From the NCBI RefSeq assembly GCF_030693485.1, contig NZ_JAUYAN010000053.1, forward strand, positions 1,258 through 65,257: DNA of 64,000 nucleotides. The letters run 5' to 3'. The notes under the pieces are model-generated. The model did not search any database, was not told the origin of the DNA, and saw only the letters and a program-made list of their open reading frames with translations. This document shows, piece after piece, positions 1 through 9,940 of this stretch (position 1 is the first letter of the stretch; each line of letters opens with the position of its first letter). Made by a program: the position numbers and the translations under genes. This stretch comes from Bradyrhizobium sp. (GTDB lineage: Bacteria; Pseudomonadota; Alphaproteobacteria; Rhizobiales; Xanthobacteraceae).

Positions 1-2517
1 AAAGGGCTTTCGTCATTTGTCGGGCGGGCCGAAGAGATTTCCCTGCTCGAGCGGGCGGCGCGGGAGGCCGGTTCGTCCGGGCAGATCGTCGCGCTGGTGG
101 GGACGGCCGGTATCGGAAAATCCCGAATCGCCCACGAATTTGTCGGTGCGTTGCGGGAGAAGGACTGGCAAGTGCTGGAGGCGGAAGGCAATCCGCTGGA
201 GCAGGCAGTGCCGTATGCGTTGCTGAAGAAACTGCTCCAAAGCGCGCTGCAAGGGGGCCATGTCGGGGCAACTGATCAACATGGCCTGTCCGAAGGGTCG
301 GTAGCTGCGCATTCCGATCTTTGGCCGGCCGCGCTTTGTTCGGTTCTGGACCAGCCGGTTATGGACAGCCGGTGGAACGATCTCGAACCCCTGTTGCGGC
401 GCCGCGCCATCATCGATGCCGTCCGCAATGCGATCGGCAGGGTGATCGCGACACGGCCGACCGTCCTGCTTCTCGAGGACCTTCACTGGATCGATGGTCA
501 AAGCGAAACCACGATCGAGGCCTTGATGTCGCTGACGGCAGGCCATCCACTGCTGGTGCTGCTGACATGGCGGACGGAAGATACACCGGGATGGCTGGCT
601 CGGCTGGATGTGCGCCGGGTCTGGTTGCGGTCGCTCGACATCTCCTCGGCAAACGCTTTGCTTGACGATCTGCTCGGTAACGGGGCGGACCTCGACGCGC
701 TCAAGGCTCACATCCTTCGCCACACCGGCCAGGTTCCGCTCTTCATCGAGGAGGTTGCGCGGCAACTCCTCAATCGTGGCGTTCTCGACGCCGACGCCGG
801 CCGGTTTGCCACCAAAACCCCCTGGGACGCGCTGGAAATTCCTCCCACCGTGCAGGGGGTCATTGCTTCCCGCATCGATCGCTTGCCGAAAGAGGACAAG
901 GCGCTGCTCCAGCTCGCTTCCGTCGTCGGACCGCGCATTCCGCCCCCCTTGCTGACGGCCGTGACCGGCATGCCGGCCGCCGAGCTGCAAAGCCGCCTTT
1001 GGTCGCTGGAAATTCTGGATTTTCTGGTCGAGTCGCAATGGCTTTCCGCGCCGGAATACGAATTCGCGCACGATCTCATTCGCGAGGTTGCCTACGATTC
1101 GATCCTTCGTCCGCAACGGGAGGAGCTACACCGCCGGATTTTGGCGGCGATGGAGGCGAATGCTCTCGGTCACCGGGAGGAGGTCGCCGAGGCATTGTGC
1201 CACCATGCGGTCAAAGCGCAGGACTGGGCTAAAACGGACCAATACGGATACATGGCGGCGAAGAAGGCGTTCGATAGATCGGCGTTCCGGGATGCTACCG
1301 GATATTTCCAGATTGCGATGGACGCGGTGGACAAGCAGCCGGCCTCGAATGTGCGCGAACAGCGGGCAATCGACCTTCGTATCGAAGCCCGGCTTGCATT
1401 TGCAACGCTCGGAAGAATGGATCAGTGGTTTGGCCTCTGCCGCGACGCGGAAGCCCGTTCCGCGAAAATCGGTGATGAAAAGAGACGGCTTGCTTCCCTC
1501 GCCGTGAGGGCGGCGGCACTTAATTTCTACGGAACCCCTTATGAAGCGACCACGGCGGGAGAGCGGGCCGTTTCGTTAGCGAACGAACTGACCGATATGA
1601 CCTGGCTCGGTTTTGCCGAGTATGGGCTTGGCCAAGCCTATTTTGTCGCGGGCCGATACCGCGATGCGGAGGCGTGCCTGAATCGAGCGGCTGCGCGATT
1701 TGTGAGTGCACCGGAGAATGTGCCTCCCGGAGCCACCGCATCAAGCCTTCTCGTGCTCAGTTACATGATGAAGGCCATTATCTACGCATCGATCGGCGAA
1801 TTCGACGACTCCCAGCAGTGTTCACTGCAGGCAAGCGATCTCGCTGAAGGCAATGGCCGTCCATACGATTTGATCGCGGCTGGATATGGTCGCGGCCTGG
1901 TACAAATCTTTCAGGGTAATTTTGAGGAGGCGGAAAGCGTTCTCAATCGGGCGGCCTCACTCTCGCGCGAGAACGAAGTCCGGTTGTTCCTACCGCTGGT
2001 ATTGTGCGGACTCGGGAGCCTTTATTTGCAGCAAGGGCGCCCGGCGGCGGCGAGAGACATTCTGCTTGAGGCAAAGGACGAGGCCGATACACTCGGTCAC
2101 GTGACCAGTGACCTGCTGTCATCGGCTTATCTCGCGACCGCTTACGCACAACTCGGGGACATACCTCGTGGATTGAGTGTCGCCCGGGGGTGCCAGGCCG
2201 GAGCAAAGCAGAAGGGATATCAGGGAATTGAAGCCTTGGCGCTATTTGCTGAAGCTGTAACTTTGTCTCTACAAGGCCCGTCCGCCGTAGCGGAAGCGAT
2301 TGCGCAGTTCGAGCGAACCATTGAAATTGCGGCAAGACTTGAAGCCAGACCTTTGCTGGGCGCGGCGAAGGGGACAATGGCCCGTTTGCTGGCCAGTTCA
2401 GGCAGAAAGGCCGAGGCACAGCAAGAACTCGTTCAGGCGATCGCTCTGTTCGCAAGGTCGAAAATGACTATTCAACTCGAACGTGCTAAAGCAATCCTCT
2501 CCAAGTTCTCGGATTGA
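1..2517 (+). CDS. STAND / AAA_16-type ATPase with C-terminal TPR-like helical repeats (5' partial, N-terminal domain off-window)
   Basis: Frame 1 is open from base 1 (FVGRAEEISLLERAAREAGSSGQIVALVGTAGIGKSR, Walker A). LLLEDLHWID is a Walker-B-like block. About 450 aa of Ala/Leu-rich helical repeats follow. Stop at 2515-2517. Confidence 0.8.
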   Translation, partial: KGLSSFVGRAEEISLLERAAREAGSSGQIVALVGTAGIGKSRIAHEFVGALREKDWQVLEAEGNPLEQAVPYALLKKLLQSALQGGHVGATDQHGLSEGSVAAHSDLWPAALCSVLDQPVMDSRWNDLEPLLRRRAIIDAVRNAIGRVIATRPTVLLLEDLHWIDGQSETTIEALMSLTAGHPLLVLLTWRTEDTPGWLARLDVRRVWLRSLDISSANALLDDLLGNGADLDALKAHILRHTGQVPLFIEEVARQLLNRGVLDADAGRFATKTPWDALEIPPTVQGVIASRIDRLPKEDKALLQLASVVGPRIPPPLLTAVTGMPAAELQSRLWSLEILDFLVESQWLSAPEYEFAHDLIREVAYDSILRPQREELHRRILAAMEANALGHREEVAEALCHHAVKAQDWAKTDQYGYMAAKKAFDRSAFRDATGYFQIAMDAVDKQPASNVREQRAIDLRIEARLAFATLGRMDQWFGLCRDAEARSAKIGDEKRRLASLAVRAAALNFYGTPYEATTAGERAVSLANELTDMTWLGFAEYGLGQAYFVAGRYRDAEACLNRAAARFVSAPENVPPGATASSLLVLSYMMKAIIYASIGEFDDSQQCSLQASDLAEGNGRPYDLIAAGYGRGLVQIFQGNFEEAESVLNRAASLSRENEVRLFLPLVLCGLGSLYLQQGRPAAARDILLEAKDEADTLGHVTSDLLSSAYLATAYAQLGDIPRGLSVARGCQAGAKQKGYQGIEALALFAEAVTLSLQGPSAVAEAIAQFERTIEIAARLEARPLLGAAKGTMARLLASSGRKAEAQQELVQAIALFARSKMTIQLERAKAILSKFSD

Positions 2518-2545
2518 TGACGAATTATCACCAAAGGAGTTGAGC

Positions 2546-2935
2546 ATGGCCGGATTCGTCTATGGCGGAAAATTTGAGCAGATCATCAACGAAATGCTGG
2601 GCCCGGAAAATATCGCCGCGTCGGCAACCAAGTTCAAAGAGTTGGAAAAGAAGTACGGGCCTTACAGTTTCGGAAAGTTTGTAAAATATTTTCTGCCGAA
2701 GCCAGAGGAGTTTGCGAACTGGGATAAGGATGCTGGCGGAATATCTGAACCGGTGCAGCGCCGCCTCACCGAAATCGTTGCGGCCAATCTCAGATCCTCA
2801 TTGCCAATGCCGATGTTGTTGAAGGTCGGCGACAACGTCGATGCGACCCACGATCTGATCGTCAAGGTCTTTGTCCACAATGCCCACATCTACATCGGCC
2901 TTCACATGCTTTGTCCAAATCCTGCGCTAAAATGA
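2546..2935 (+). CDS. hypothetical protein (129 aa, Lys-rich, no recognisable family)
   Basis: ATG at 2546 sits 7 nt after AAAGGAG, and 29 nt after the stop of the ATPase gene. GC is visibly lower than in its neighbours. The track ORF 2483 start is an upstream extension. Confidence 0.55.
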   Translation: MAGFVYGGKFEQIINEMLGPENIAASATKFKELEKKYGPYSFGKFVKYFLPKPEEFANWDKDAGGISEPVQRRLTEIVAANLRSSLPMPMLLKVGDNVDATHDLIVKVFVHNAHIYIGLHMLCPNPALK

Positions 2936-3049
2936 CGCCGAAGTCCGCATGTTGGAGGTCGGAATCGATATCCTCCCACTCGCATCCAACCCTTTCGCCT
3001 ATTTAAAATTGTTCACTTAATTTACGCATCCTAGGCGAGCAATTATCTT

Positions 3050-3080
3050 AAAGGCCTCGGTATAACCGGGGCCTTTCTTG
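3050..3080 (+). terminator. rho-independent-like terminator
   Basis: AAAGGCCTCGG-TATAA-CCGGGGCCTTT hairpin (11 bp with one G.U), followed by a TTTCTT tract. Confidence 0.5.
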
Positions 3081-3179
3081 CCGTGCGCTGCCCGCCGGAG
3101 TATAAATTGCGGCGCGGCGGACTATTGCTCTCGTCAGCCTTGCGTCAGCACGACCCGCCGTTGATGGGCAAAGTATCAG

Positions 3180-3929
3180 ATGGTCGTGACCGGCGTGCCT
3201 CAGGATAAGACGGGTGGAGCTCGCGAGGCTCCGAGCAGCAAATTATCGGTGCTGCGCAAGCATCCGATCTTCTGCGATCTTGAACCCGAGGCGTTCGATC
3301 AGCTGTGCCGCTATGCCAAACACTCCACGCTGAAGCGGGGTGCCACGATCTTTTCAAAGGGCGATGCCGGCACCAGCATGTTTGCGGTGATCAGCGGCAC
3401 CGTGAAGATCAGCATCTCCTCCGCCGATGGCCGCAGCGCGATTTTGAATTTGATCGGCGCCGGAGAGATTTTCGGCGAAATGACGGTGCTCGACGGGCAG
3501 GTCAGATCCGCCGACGCCACGGCAAATACCAGTTGCGAACTCTTCATCATCGACCGCCGCGAATTCATTCCGTTCCTGAAGAGCCAGCCGGCGCTGGCGA
3601 TGAAGTTCATCGAGCTGTTATGTACGCGCCTGCGCTGGACCAGCGAGCAGGTAGAGCAGATCATCCTGCAAAACCTGCCGGGCCGGCTGGCCAGCGCGCT
3701 CCTTCGCCTGACCGAAAAGCACAAGCTTGCGCCTGGCGGCCGGACCATCGCCGTAACCCAGCAGGAAATCAGCGAAATGGTCGGCATGACCCGGGAAAGC
3801 ATCAACAAGCAGCTCCGGGTCTGGGCCGATCGCAAATGGGTGCGCCTCGAGCACGGGGCCATCGTCGTGCTGAATGCCGAGCCGCTGCAGTCGCTGGCCG
3901 AAGCGGGATCAGGCGACAACGGCGATTAG
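3180..3929 (+). CDS. Crp/Fnr family transcriptional regulator (cNMP-binding domain + C-terminal HTH)
   Basis: Has a GEIFGEM..RSADA cNMP-binding core and the HTH ISEMVGMTRESINKQL. Length of 249 aa is typical for the family. Confidence 0.85.
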   Translation: MVVTGVPQDKTGGAREAPSSKLSVLRKHPIFCDLEPEAFDQLCRYAKHSTLKRGATIFSKGDAGTSMFAVISGTVKISISSADGRSAILNLIGAGEIFGEMTVLDGQVRSADATANTSCELFIIDRREFIPFLKSQPALAMKFIELLCTRLRWTSEQVEQIILQNLPGRLASALLRLTEKHKLAPGGRTIAVTQQEISEMVGMTRESINKQLRVWADRKWVRLEHGAIVVLNAEPLQSLAEAGSGDNGD

Positions 3930-4024
3930 CGCGCCGTTGCAAGGTTGGTGAAACCGCCGCATCGAGCGCAGCGATGCCTTATAGCCTTTTCCGCGACCCA
4001 CCTGACAGCGCCGGCGCTGCCGCT

Positions 4025-4801
4025 TTACCCCTCGATGATGGCGACTGCGCGGGTCCAGCCCGCCGAAGCGCGTTCGATCTTGACCGGAAAACACGACACG
4101 GTGAATCCGGTCGACGGCAACTGCTCGAGGTTGTGCAGCTTTTCGATATGGCAGTAGCCGATATGGCGTCCGGCCTTGTGGCCTTCCCAGATCAGGCTGG
4201 CGTCCCTGGTCTCCGCATATTTCTTCGCGGTATGGACGAATGGCGCATCCCAGCTCCAGCCGTCGATGCCCGTGAGCCGCACGCCGCGCTCGAGCAGATA
4301 CATCGTCGCTTCATAGCCCATGCCGCAGCCGGACGTGACGTAATCCTGCCGGCCGTATTTGGTCCCGGCGCTGGTGTTGACCACGACGATTTCCAGCGGT
4401 GAAAGCGTGTGGCCGATGCGCTTCAGCTCATTTTCGACATCCTTTGCGGTCGCAACATAGCCGTCCGAAAAATGTCGGAAGTCCAGCTTCACGCCGGGTT
4501 GCAGGCACCATTCCAGCGGCACTTCATCGATGGTCCACGAGCGCTCGCCGCGGTTCATGGTCGGGTGAAAATGCCAGGGCGCATCGAGATGGGTGCCGTT
4601 GTGGGTGGAGAGCTGGACCTGTTCGACCGCCCAGCCTTGCCCGTCCGGCAGATCCTCGGCTTTCAAGCCCTCGAAGAACTGCAGCATGCGCGGCAGGCCC
4701 TGCTGGTGATCGATGTACTGGATGGTGGGATGTCCGCCCGGCGGATCGGCCGGCACGTCGTTCTGCAGCGGCACGGAAATGTCGATCAGTTGTCTGGCCA
4801 T
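4025..4801 (-). CDS. cyclase family protein (kynurenine formamidase-like metal hydrolase)
   Basis: HNGTHLDAPWHF motif and overall length fit the putative-cyclase family (Pfam Cyclase). Confidence 0.8.
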   Translation of the reverse strand: MARQLIDISVPLQNDVPADPPGGHPTIQYIDHQQGLPRMLQFFEGLKAEDLPDGQGWAVEQVQLSTHNGTHLDAPWHFHPTMNRGERSWTIDEVPLEWCLQPGVKLDFRHFSDGYVATAKDVENELKRIGHTLSPLEIVVVNTSAGTKYGRQDYVTSGCGMGYEATMYLLERGVRLTGIDGWSWDAPFVHTAKKYAETRDASLIWEGHKAGRHIGYCHIEKLHNLEQLPSTGFTVSCFPVKIERASAGWTRAVAIIEG

Positions 4802-4849
4802 ATGCGCTTCCTCGAAGAGTTTTGCCTGCTTTTATTCACATATCGAGCT

Positions 4850-5842
4850 TCAGGCGTCCTGCCGCTCGACCTTGTTTTTCAGGATTCCGATCTTTTCAAC
4901 CTCAAGTTCTATGGTGTCGCCGTGTTCGAGATACCAGCCGAGTTCAAGCCCGCAGCCGTTGCCGACAGTGCCTGACCCGATGAATTCCCCGGGCATCAGG
5001 GTTTCATCGCGGGTGACATGCGCAATGATTTCCTCGAAAGAAAACAGCATTCCCTCGGTAACGCCCTGCGAGCGCATCTTGCCGTTGACGCGGGCTTCCA
5101 TCCTGAGCTTGTAGGGATCGCCGATCTCGTCTGGCGTGACGATCCACGGTCCCATGACGTTGCCACCGTCAAAGCTCTTGCCCTTGGCAGGGCCGAGCCG
5201 TCCTTCCATTTCGATGCGCTGGGCGTCGCGCGCCGAGAAATCGTTGAAGATGGTATAGCCGAAGATATGGTCCCGGGCCTTCGAGGCCGGGATATTGGCG
5301 CCCTTGTTCTTCGTGACGATGCCGAACTCCAGTTCGTAATCCATCACCTTGCTGTAGCGCGGCCACTTCACCGTCGTGTTGGTGCCGCGCACGCTGAAGC
5401 GGTTGGTGATGTAGTAGATCGGCTGTTTGCGGTAGACTTCGGGCAACTCGCCCAGCGGCTCGGCATCGATCCGCGCCAGCTCCGCCATGTCGTTCTTCGC
5501 GCGCGCTGCAAGCTTGAGCTGGCCCCGCGGGGCCTGCAGGATATGCAGCGGGAACGACATGCCGTCGCGCATCTGCCGAGGTTCGGGGATCGGTGCCAGG
5601 ATCTCGGCGGCCGCGACATTCTCGGACAAGGTTTCATCCTTGCCGCTCTTGTCGAACAACTGCCCGGCCTGGTCCAGGGCTGAGGAGCCAGCGTCGATCA
5701 GCGACAGCATCGAAGCAAAGGCTGGATTGGATTTGCCCTCCCGGTCCGCAGCCGCCGCCAGGTCGAACAATCGCGAATTATCACTGTGCACGAGACCGAT
5801 CTTTTCACGGCCGCCGGATCGAAATGTCGCAAGTTTCACCAT
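4850..5842 (-). CDS. fumarylacetoacetate hydrolase (FAH) family protein
   Basis: FAH-family C-terminal domain (ELEFGIV..., GSGTVGNGCGLE, GDTIELEVEKIG). GGGAGA RBS lies upstream of the ATG. Confidence 0.8.
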   Translation of the reverse strand: MVKLATFRSGGREKIGLVHSDNSRLFDLAAAADREGKSNPAFASMLSLIDAGSSALDQAGQLFDKSGKDETLSENVAAAEILAPIPEPRQMRDGMSFPLHILQAPRGQLKLAARAKNDMAELARIDAEPLGELPEVYRKQPIYYITNRFSVRGTNTTVKWPRYSKVMDYELEFGIVTKNKGANIPASKARDHIFGYTIFNDFSARDAQRIEMEGRLGPAKGKSFDGGNVMGPWIVTPDEIGDPYKLRMEARVNGKMRSQGVTEGMLFSFEEIIAHVTRDETLMPGEFIGSGTVGNGCGLELGWYLEHGDTIELEVEKIGILKNKVERQDA

Positions 5843-5932
5843 TATCTCCCTTGCAGTTTAATAAAATATATGATCATTAAAAATATCGATAAACAAGGGG
5901 CGATAAAAAATATCGCTATCGGGAGGCGATTG
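5843..5932. promoter_or_regulatory. AT-rich divergent promoter region with repeats
   Basis: This is the only strongly AT-rich stretch locally. It contains the palindrome ATGATCAT (5870-5877) and the direct repeat AAAATATCG at 5880-5888 and 5907-5915. Confidence 0.4.
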
Positions 5933-6859
5933 ATGACCAGATTCCTGGCGGCAGCAGGCGTTGCGGCGGTTTTGTCCGTCAGCCCGGTCCATGCGCAGAA
6001 CAAAATCCAGATCGGCTGCACTGCGACGTCCGACTGCGCTTCCGCGATGGTCGCGATCGACGAAGGCATCTTCAAGAAGCATGGTCTCGATGCCGAAATG
6101 GTGTTGATTGGCATCAATTCGAACATTCCAGCCGCGATCCTCTCCAACTCGATCCACGTCGGCGGGCCGACCTCTACCGTGTTCTTGCAGGCGGTCGATG
6201 GCGGCCTCGACCTGGTCGCGGTCGCGGGAGCTAGCGTGATGAGTCCAGTCACCAACGGCAATGTCAGCGCGTTCGTCCGCAATGGCGTCGTCATCAACGA
6301 GCCGAAGGATTTCATCGGCAAGAAGGTCGGCGCCCCCGGGCTCGGCGCGTTCCTCCATGTCCTGTTCGTGAAATGGCTGGTCGAGAAGGGCGTTGACCCC
6401 AAGAAGGTCAATTTTGTCGAGGTGACGTTTCCGACCATGATGGATATCGTGAAGTCGGGCAGTGTGGACGCAGTCCTGACGGCAGAGCCGTTCGTGACCC
6501 GGATGACCAATGCCGGACTAGGCTCGGTCGGTGCCCGTTACGCCGTCGAACTCGCGCGGACCGAACCGATCATTTTCTACGCCGCCTCGCGCGAATGGGC
6601 GGAAAAGAATCCCGATACCATCAAGAAGTTCCGCGCCGCGATCGCGGAAGCCGCTCCCGTCGTCAACAACGACCGGGACAAAGCCTCAACTTCGATTCAG
6701 AAGTTCACCAAGCAGCCCATCGAACTGGTCAAGGCCACGCCGCCCAACCGGTCGGAACCGATCCTCAAACCGGAGCAACTGGCCTGGTGGATCGAGATCA
6801 TGGCGACGCAGAAAATGTTGCAGAGCAAGCTCGATCTCAACAAGCTGATCCTGAAGTAG
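5933..6859 (+). CDS. ABC transporter substrate-binding protein (NMT1/THI5-like, NitT/TauT family)
   Basis: ATG at 5933 follows GGGAGG. Signal peptide MTRFLAAAGVAAVLSVSPVHA. Adjacent to a cognate ATPase and two permeases. Confidence 0.8.
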   Translation: MTRFLAAAGVAAVLSVSPVHAQNKIQIGCTATSDCASAMVAIDEGIFKKHGLDAEMVLIGINSNIPAAILSNSIHVGGPTSTVFLQAVDGGLDLVAVAGASVMSPVTNGNVSAFVRNGVVINEPKDFIGKKVGAPGLGAFLHVLFVKWLVEKGVDPKKVNFVEVTFPTMMDIVKSGSVDAVLTAEPFVTRMTNAGLGSVGARYAVELARTEPIIFYAASREWAEKNPDTIKKFRAAIAEAAPVVNNDRDKASTSIQKFTKQPIELVKATPPNRSEPILKPEQLAWWIEIMATQKMLQSKLDLNKLILK

Positions 6860-6867
6860 AACCGAGC

Positions 6868-7566
6868 ATGGCGCCAGCGGTGCAAAGCGGTTCAGGGGAG
6901 GCGTCGGGTTCGGACACCTTGAGCGAGCGCGCGGCCAGCCTGGTGGAACGCGATATCATTGCCGGCAATCTCGCGCCTGGCGCGCGTCTTGGAATCGTCG
7001 ATCTGGTCCAGCGCTACGACATCGGCGCCACGCCGCTGCGCGAAGGCCTGTCCCGGCTCATTTCCAGGGGGCTGATCGTCGGGATCGGCCAACGCGGTTT
7101 CCGGGTGGCCGATGTCAGCCGCGAGGATCTGAAAGACATTACGCAGATGCGCACGGTGGTCGAGATCGAGGCGCTGCGGCTCGCGATGGGGCAAGGCGAC
7201 GATGCCTGGGAAGCGGGCATTGTCAGCGCGTTGCATCAAATGCGCCGGCACATTCAGCGAACCGGCGACAGGTTTCGCGAGGGCGCGCCGGAGTTCGACG
7301 CCTTGCACAAGGGATTTCACACCGCACTGCTGGCGGATTGCGGATCACGACGGCTGCTGCAGGCGCATTCGGATCTCTACGATCAGGCCTATCGTTATCG
7401 CCGCGTCATGATGCGCAGTCTGGGTAGCGGTGAAGACTTTGTCGCGGCCCATCAGGATCTTGCGGATCTGGTGCTGGCGCGCGATGTCGATGCTGCGCAA
7501 GCCAGGCTCAGGTCACACCTGGGTTCGACGCTCAATTACGTCTATCCGCCGGCCAAAGGGGGCTAG
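6868..7566 (+). CDS. GntR family transcriptional regulator (FadR/FCD subfamily)
   Basis: N-terminal winged HTH (DLVQRYDIGATPLREGLSRL) followed by a helical FCD-like C-terminal domain. The track start 6595 overlaps the upstream gene and is rejected. Confidence 0.8.
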   Translation: MAPAVQSGSGEASGSDTLSERAASLVERDIIAGNLAPGARLGIVDLVQRYDIGATPLREGLSRLISRGLIVGIGQRGFRVADVSREDLKDITQMRTVVEIEALRLAMGQGDDAWEAGIVSALHQMRRHIQRTGDRFREGAPEFDALHKGFHTALLADCGSRRLLQAHSDLYDQAYRYRRVMMRSLGSGEDFVAAHQDLADLVLARDVDAAQARLRSHLGSTLNYVYPPAKGG

Positions 7567-7569
7567 ATC

Positions 7570-8379
7570 GTGAACATGATTGCTGCCGTGAACCAGGGGG
7601 CGAACAGCCTTCGTCCGGGGCGTGCGCAGATCGTCTTTTCCGGCGTCACGCTCAATCTCGGCGGCAAGGCCATTCTGGAAGGCATCAGCCTTGACGTGAA
7701 GCCGGGCGAATTCCTCTGCATCATCGGGGCGTCGGGTTGCGGCAAGACCACCGCGCTGCGGCTTGCGGCCGGACTTTATCAGCCGACCAGCGGCACCGTG
7801 GCCTTCGACGGCCAGGCGATGCTGGCGCCGCGGCGGGATATCGCCATCGTCTTTCAGGACTACGGCAAGGCGCTGCTGCCATGGCGAACCGCCGCCGGCA
7901 ACGTCTCGCTGGCGTTGGAGGCATCCGGCATGGCCGCCTCGCAGCGCGCCACCCGCATCGACGAGTTGCTCAAGAAGGTCGGATTGCCCAACCACGCCGG
8001 AAAATACCCGGCGGAGATGTCCGGCGGGATGCAGCAACGCCTGCAGATCGCGCGCTGCCTGGCGCAAGAGCCCAAGGCACTCTTGATGGACGAGCCGTTC
8101 GGCGCGCTCGACGCGATGACGCGTCAGGGACTGCAGGATGAAGTGCTGTCGCTGGTGCACGCCAGCGATGCGACGGTCGTGTTCGTCACCCATGATCTGG
8201 AAGAGGCGATTTACCTGGGTGACCGGGTCATAGGCCTGTTACCGCATCCCGGCCGCATCGGCATCGAACTCCAGATTGATCTGCCGCGGCCCCGCGATCA
8301 GCTGACGACGCGGGAGAACCCCGAATTCCTGCGGCTGCGCCGCGAGTTGTTCGATTTCATCAAGGCGTCGGAAGCATGA
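7570..8379 (+). CDS. ABC transporter ATP-binding protein (NitT/TauT type)
   Basis: Walker A GASGCGKTT, signature MSGGMQQR, Walker B LLMDEPFGALD. Start is GTG 7570 or ATG 7576. Confidence 0.9.
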   Translation: MNMIAAVNQGANSLRPGRAQIVFSGVTLNLGGKAILEGISLDVKPGEFLCIIGASGCGKTTALRLAAGLYQPTSGTVAFDGQAMLAPRRDIAIVFQDYGKALLPWRTAAGNVSLALEASGMAASQRATRIDELLKKVGLPNHAGKYPAEMSGGMQQRLQIARCLAQEPKALLMDEPFGALDAMTRQGLQDEVLSLVHASDATVVFVTHDLEEAIYLGDRVIGLLPHPGRIGIELQIDLPRPRDQLTTRENPEFLRLRRELFDFIKASEA

Positions 8380-9140
8380 TCCCGGAGCGCATCAAGGCGT
8401 TTCTGCTCCCGATCTCGATCCTGGCATTACTCGAAATCTGGGCCCGGGCGGTTGATCTGAAAAGCGACTCGCTGGCGCCGCCGAGTGCCATTGCCGCGGC
8501 GCTTGTCAAGGCTTTCCAGGACGGCTCGATGTTGACTGCGACACGGGACACGCTGATCTCGGCGTTCACCGGGCTCTCGATCGGGGGCGCCGTCGGCCTT
8601 GCCTTCGGTATTGCGCTAGGCATTTTCCACATTTTCGACCGGTTGATGGAAGTCACCATTGAGTCGATCCGTCCCATACCGTCCATTGCGCTGTTGCCCA
8701 TCGCGCTGATCGCACTGGGTTTCGGCTATCGCATGGAGATCACGATCGTCGCATTCGCCTGCGTCTGGCCGATCCTGATCCTGACGCGCGCGGCCGTCGG
8801 CGGCATCGAACCGCGTCTGATCGAGGTGTCGCGCGCACTGCGGCTCTCGCCGGCGGACCGGGTCCGCAAGATCATCATCCCGGCGGCGCTGCCGAGGATT
8901 TTCCTGGCCTTTCGCCTGGCTGCCGGCATAGCGCTGATCGTCGCCGTCACGGTCGAGATCGCGATCAATCCGATCGGGCTGGGCGCTGCGATCATGACGG
9001 CGCAGCAGGCGCTGCGGCCCGACCTGATGCTGGCCTATCTGTTCTGGATCGGTCTGATCGGCTACCTGTTGAACACCGCCCTGATGCTCGCGCAACGCCA
9101 TTTGTTCGGGCGCGCGGCTTTGGTTGGAGATTCCGCATGA
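8376..9140 (+). CDS. ABC transporter permease
   Basis: Multi-TM protein. ATGA overlap with the ATPase stop. BPD-type permease pattern. Confidence 0.85.
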   Translation: MIPERIKAFLLPISILALLEIWARAVDLKSDSLAPPSAIAAALVKAFQDGSMLTATRDTLISAFTGLSIGGAVGLAFGIALGIFHIFDRLMEVTIESIRPIPSIALLPIALIALGFGYRMEITIVAFACVWPILILTRAAVGGIEPRLIEVSRALRLSPADRVRKIIIPAALPRIFLAFRLAAGIALIVAVTVEIAINPIGLGAAIMTAQQALRPDLMLAYLFWIGLIGYLLNTALMLAQRHLFGRAALVGDSA

Positions 9141-9904
9141 ATCGCTCGGTGCTGTACTGGCGTGCCGCCAGCTTTGCGGTTGCCGCAGGCTTCATCGGGT
9201 TGTGGCAGTTCATTGCCGATCAGCGGCTGGTGTCGCCGGTTTTCCTGCCCGGGCCGGATCGCGCCTGGGCATCGCTGGTAAGGGGATTTGCCAGCGGCGA
9301 CCTGCTGGACAAGCTGCTGGGAACCCTGGAGCACATGGCCTATGGCTGGTTCGTCGCGTCCATCGCCGGTATCGCGCTTGGAGCGATGATCGGCTCGTCG
9401 CGCACGATGCGAAGCTATGTCGCGCCGTCGCTCGAATTTCTTCGGCCGCTGCCGGTATCCGCCGTCATTCCGGTCGCGATTGCGATGTTCGGGTTGACCC
9501 AGACCATGGCGCTGTTCGTGATCGCGTTTGGCGCGATCTGGCCGATGCTGCTGGCGACGATACATGGTTTCGCGGCAGTCGAGCCGCGGCTCTACGAAGT
9601 AGCGCGGTCGCTGCACATGTCGCGACTGGCGGTCATCTTCAAGATCGCGCTGCCGTCGGCAAGTCCCGACATCCTGGCGGGCATGCGATTGAGCGTGACT
9701 GTGGCGCTGATCCTGTCCGTGGTCTGCGAAATTCTCGCCGGCCTCGATGGCCTCGGACACTGGGTGCTGCTGTCGGCCCGGTCGTTCCGTTCAGCGGACC
9801 TGTTCGCCGGCGTGATGCTGCTTGGTGTTATCGGCTATCTGACCGCGCTGGCGATGTCACTGGTGGAGAAGCGGTTGTTGAAATGGCGATCGAGCGGCCA
9901 TTGA
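9137..9904 (+). CDS. ABC transporter permease (second subunit)
   Basis: Paralogous to the previous permease, with an ATGA overlap at 9137-9140. Confidence 0.85.
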   Translation: MNRSVLYWRAASFAVAAGFIGLWQFIADQRLVSPVFLPGPDRAWASLVRGFASGDLLDKLLGTLEHMAYGWFVASIAGIALGAMIGSSRTMRSYVAPSLEFLRPLPVSAVIPVAIAMFGLTQTMALFVIAFGAIWPMLLATIHGFAAVEPRLYEVARSLHMSRLAVIFKIALPSASPDILAGMRLSVTVALILSVVCEILAGLDGLGHWVLLSARSFRSADLFAGVMLLGVIGYLTALAMSLVEKRLLKWRSSGH

Positions 9905-9940
9905 GTTCTGTCTGGCGGAGTGCGGGTCTGACTTGCGCAG

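Noticed and set aside
13-1116. 367-aa minus-strand ORF
   Set aside because: Antisense to the STAND ATPase P-loop region. Shadow ORF.
5786-5932. Upstream extensions of track ORFs (5786, 6595, 12783..13307, 17435, 25905, 42714, 46177, 48372, 63559)
   Set aside because: The extensions overlap preceding genes or lack an RBS. Internal starts give signal peptides, conserved N-termini or ATGA coupling. The coordinates given here stand for the whole class.
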